A stretch of 60,159 bases of DNA, counting the filler, from Sanchytrium tribonematis (lineage: Eukaryota): assembly GCA_018985235.1 (NCBI GenBank). It is 9 parts of 9 records of this genome, joined end to end, with 100 filler letters (N's around TTAATTAATTAA, not from the genome) between each part and the next. Parts side by side here need not be neighbours in the genome. Positions count along the whole stretch, not along the records: positions 53,621 to 60,159 come from JADGIG010000518.1; 8 more parts are not named here. One strand, given 5' to 3'. Positions 59,594 through 60,159 of this stretch are shown here, one piece after another. Numbering within the stretch: position 1 is the stretch's first letter; every line of letters begins with the position of its first letter. The position numbers and the translations under genes were made by a program. The notes under the pieces were generated by a model that was not told the origin of the DNA, did no database searches, and saw only the letters and a program-made list of their open reading frames with translations.

Positions 59594-59848
59594 ATGACCA
59601 AAACAGCTTCTGAAAACGATGAAAAACAAAACAATGATGACACAGCCTCAAAATCAAGTAGCGAAAAGCAGAAGAAGTCACAATTTTGTTGGAATTCTTT
59701 CGCAAAAGATTTGGCATTGGGAAAAGAGATCCTTGCAAAATTTCCTTATCATTTTCCAGGTAAAGTTACTGCCATATTCACAGATATCGGAATAAATATT
59801 CGAAATTCATTTAATAATGGAGAACCAGTACCGTATTATGCCAATTAA
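59594..59848 (+). pseudogene. Possible Myb/SANT-like DNA-binding fragment, transposon-associated
   Basis: FCWNSFAKDLALGKEILAKFPY resembles the W...D..L..E....P pattern. Confidence 0.35.
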
Positions 59849-60159
59849 GTGACCGGGCTACTATTAGTGCTTTTGAAATGGGATTGGGCAACTAAATGGT
59901 ATGGGCAACTAAATGGAACATGTTCAAGAAAGTACCAAATAAAATCCCAATTTATCAGATACAATTCCAATTTATTTTTCTTCTTCACAATTTTTACAAA
60001 TACTATCACGATTACTACAACCAATTCCAGCACCATGGACATGCTGTGTAAATTTGTCGCATTTATGCCATTGGCACTTCAGCATCTCTACTTCACAATA
60101 ACAACAGCTGTAGTCGGCTAATTCACTATCATCTTTATCCTCAATAATATCCAACGCAG

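Noticed and set aside
1..60159. tRNA, rRNA or snRNA genes
   Set aside because: None recognisable by eye; tRNAscan-SE and Infernal would be needed to exclude them

Overview
Nine unlinked contigs of about 6.5-6.7 kb, joined by artificial 100-nt N/TTAATTAATTAA spacers, from an AT-rich, extremely gene-dense eukaryote using the standard genetic code. Gene content looks like an early-diverging fungus; a sanchytrid-like reduced parasite is my guess, not a demonstrated identity. Contents: a Ty3/Gypsy retrotransposon (contig 1); housekeeping genes (RPL3, RPC2, TSR1, CBP20, ACP, POLD4, DAHP synthase, ATM1, PiT transporter, DPP-IV, DEAD-box helicase, carnitine acetyltransferase); a family of secreted or membrane-anchored LRR proteins, one fused to chitin-binding domains; a GC-rich MITE; and a contig of decayed transposons. 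Main observations: (1) up to ten spliceosomal introns of only 18-20 nt (mostly 19) with a fixed A at -6; (2) the Gypsy element has a ~550-aa insertion between RNase H and integrase with faint C5 DNA-methyltransferase-like motifs, plus 16 copies of the palindrome CGATCG; (3) receptor-like LRR genes in which a phase-1 micro-intron separates the ectodomain from a membrane anchor carrying a conserved K/R-x3-D motif; (4) a back-to-back deaminase-like/LRR-like gene pair.
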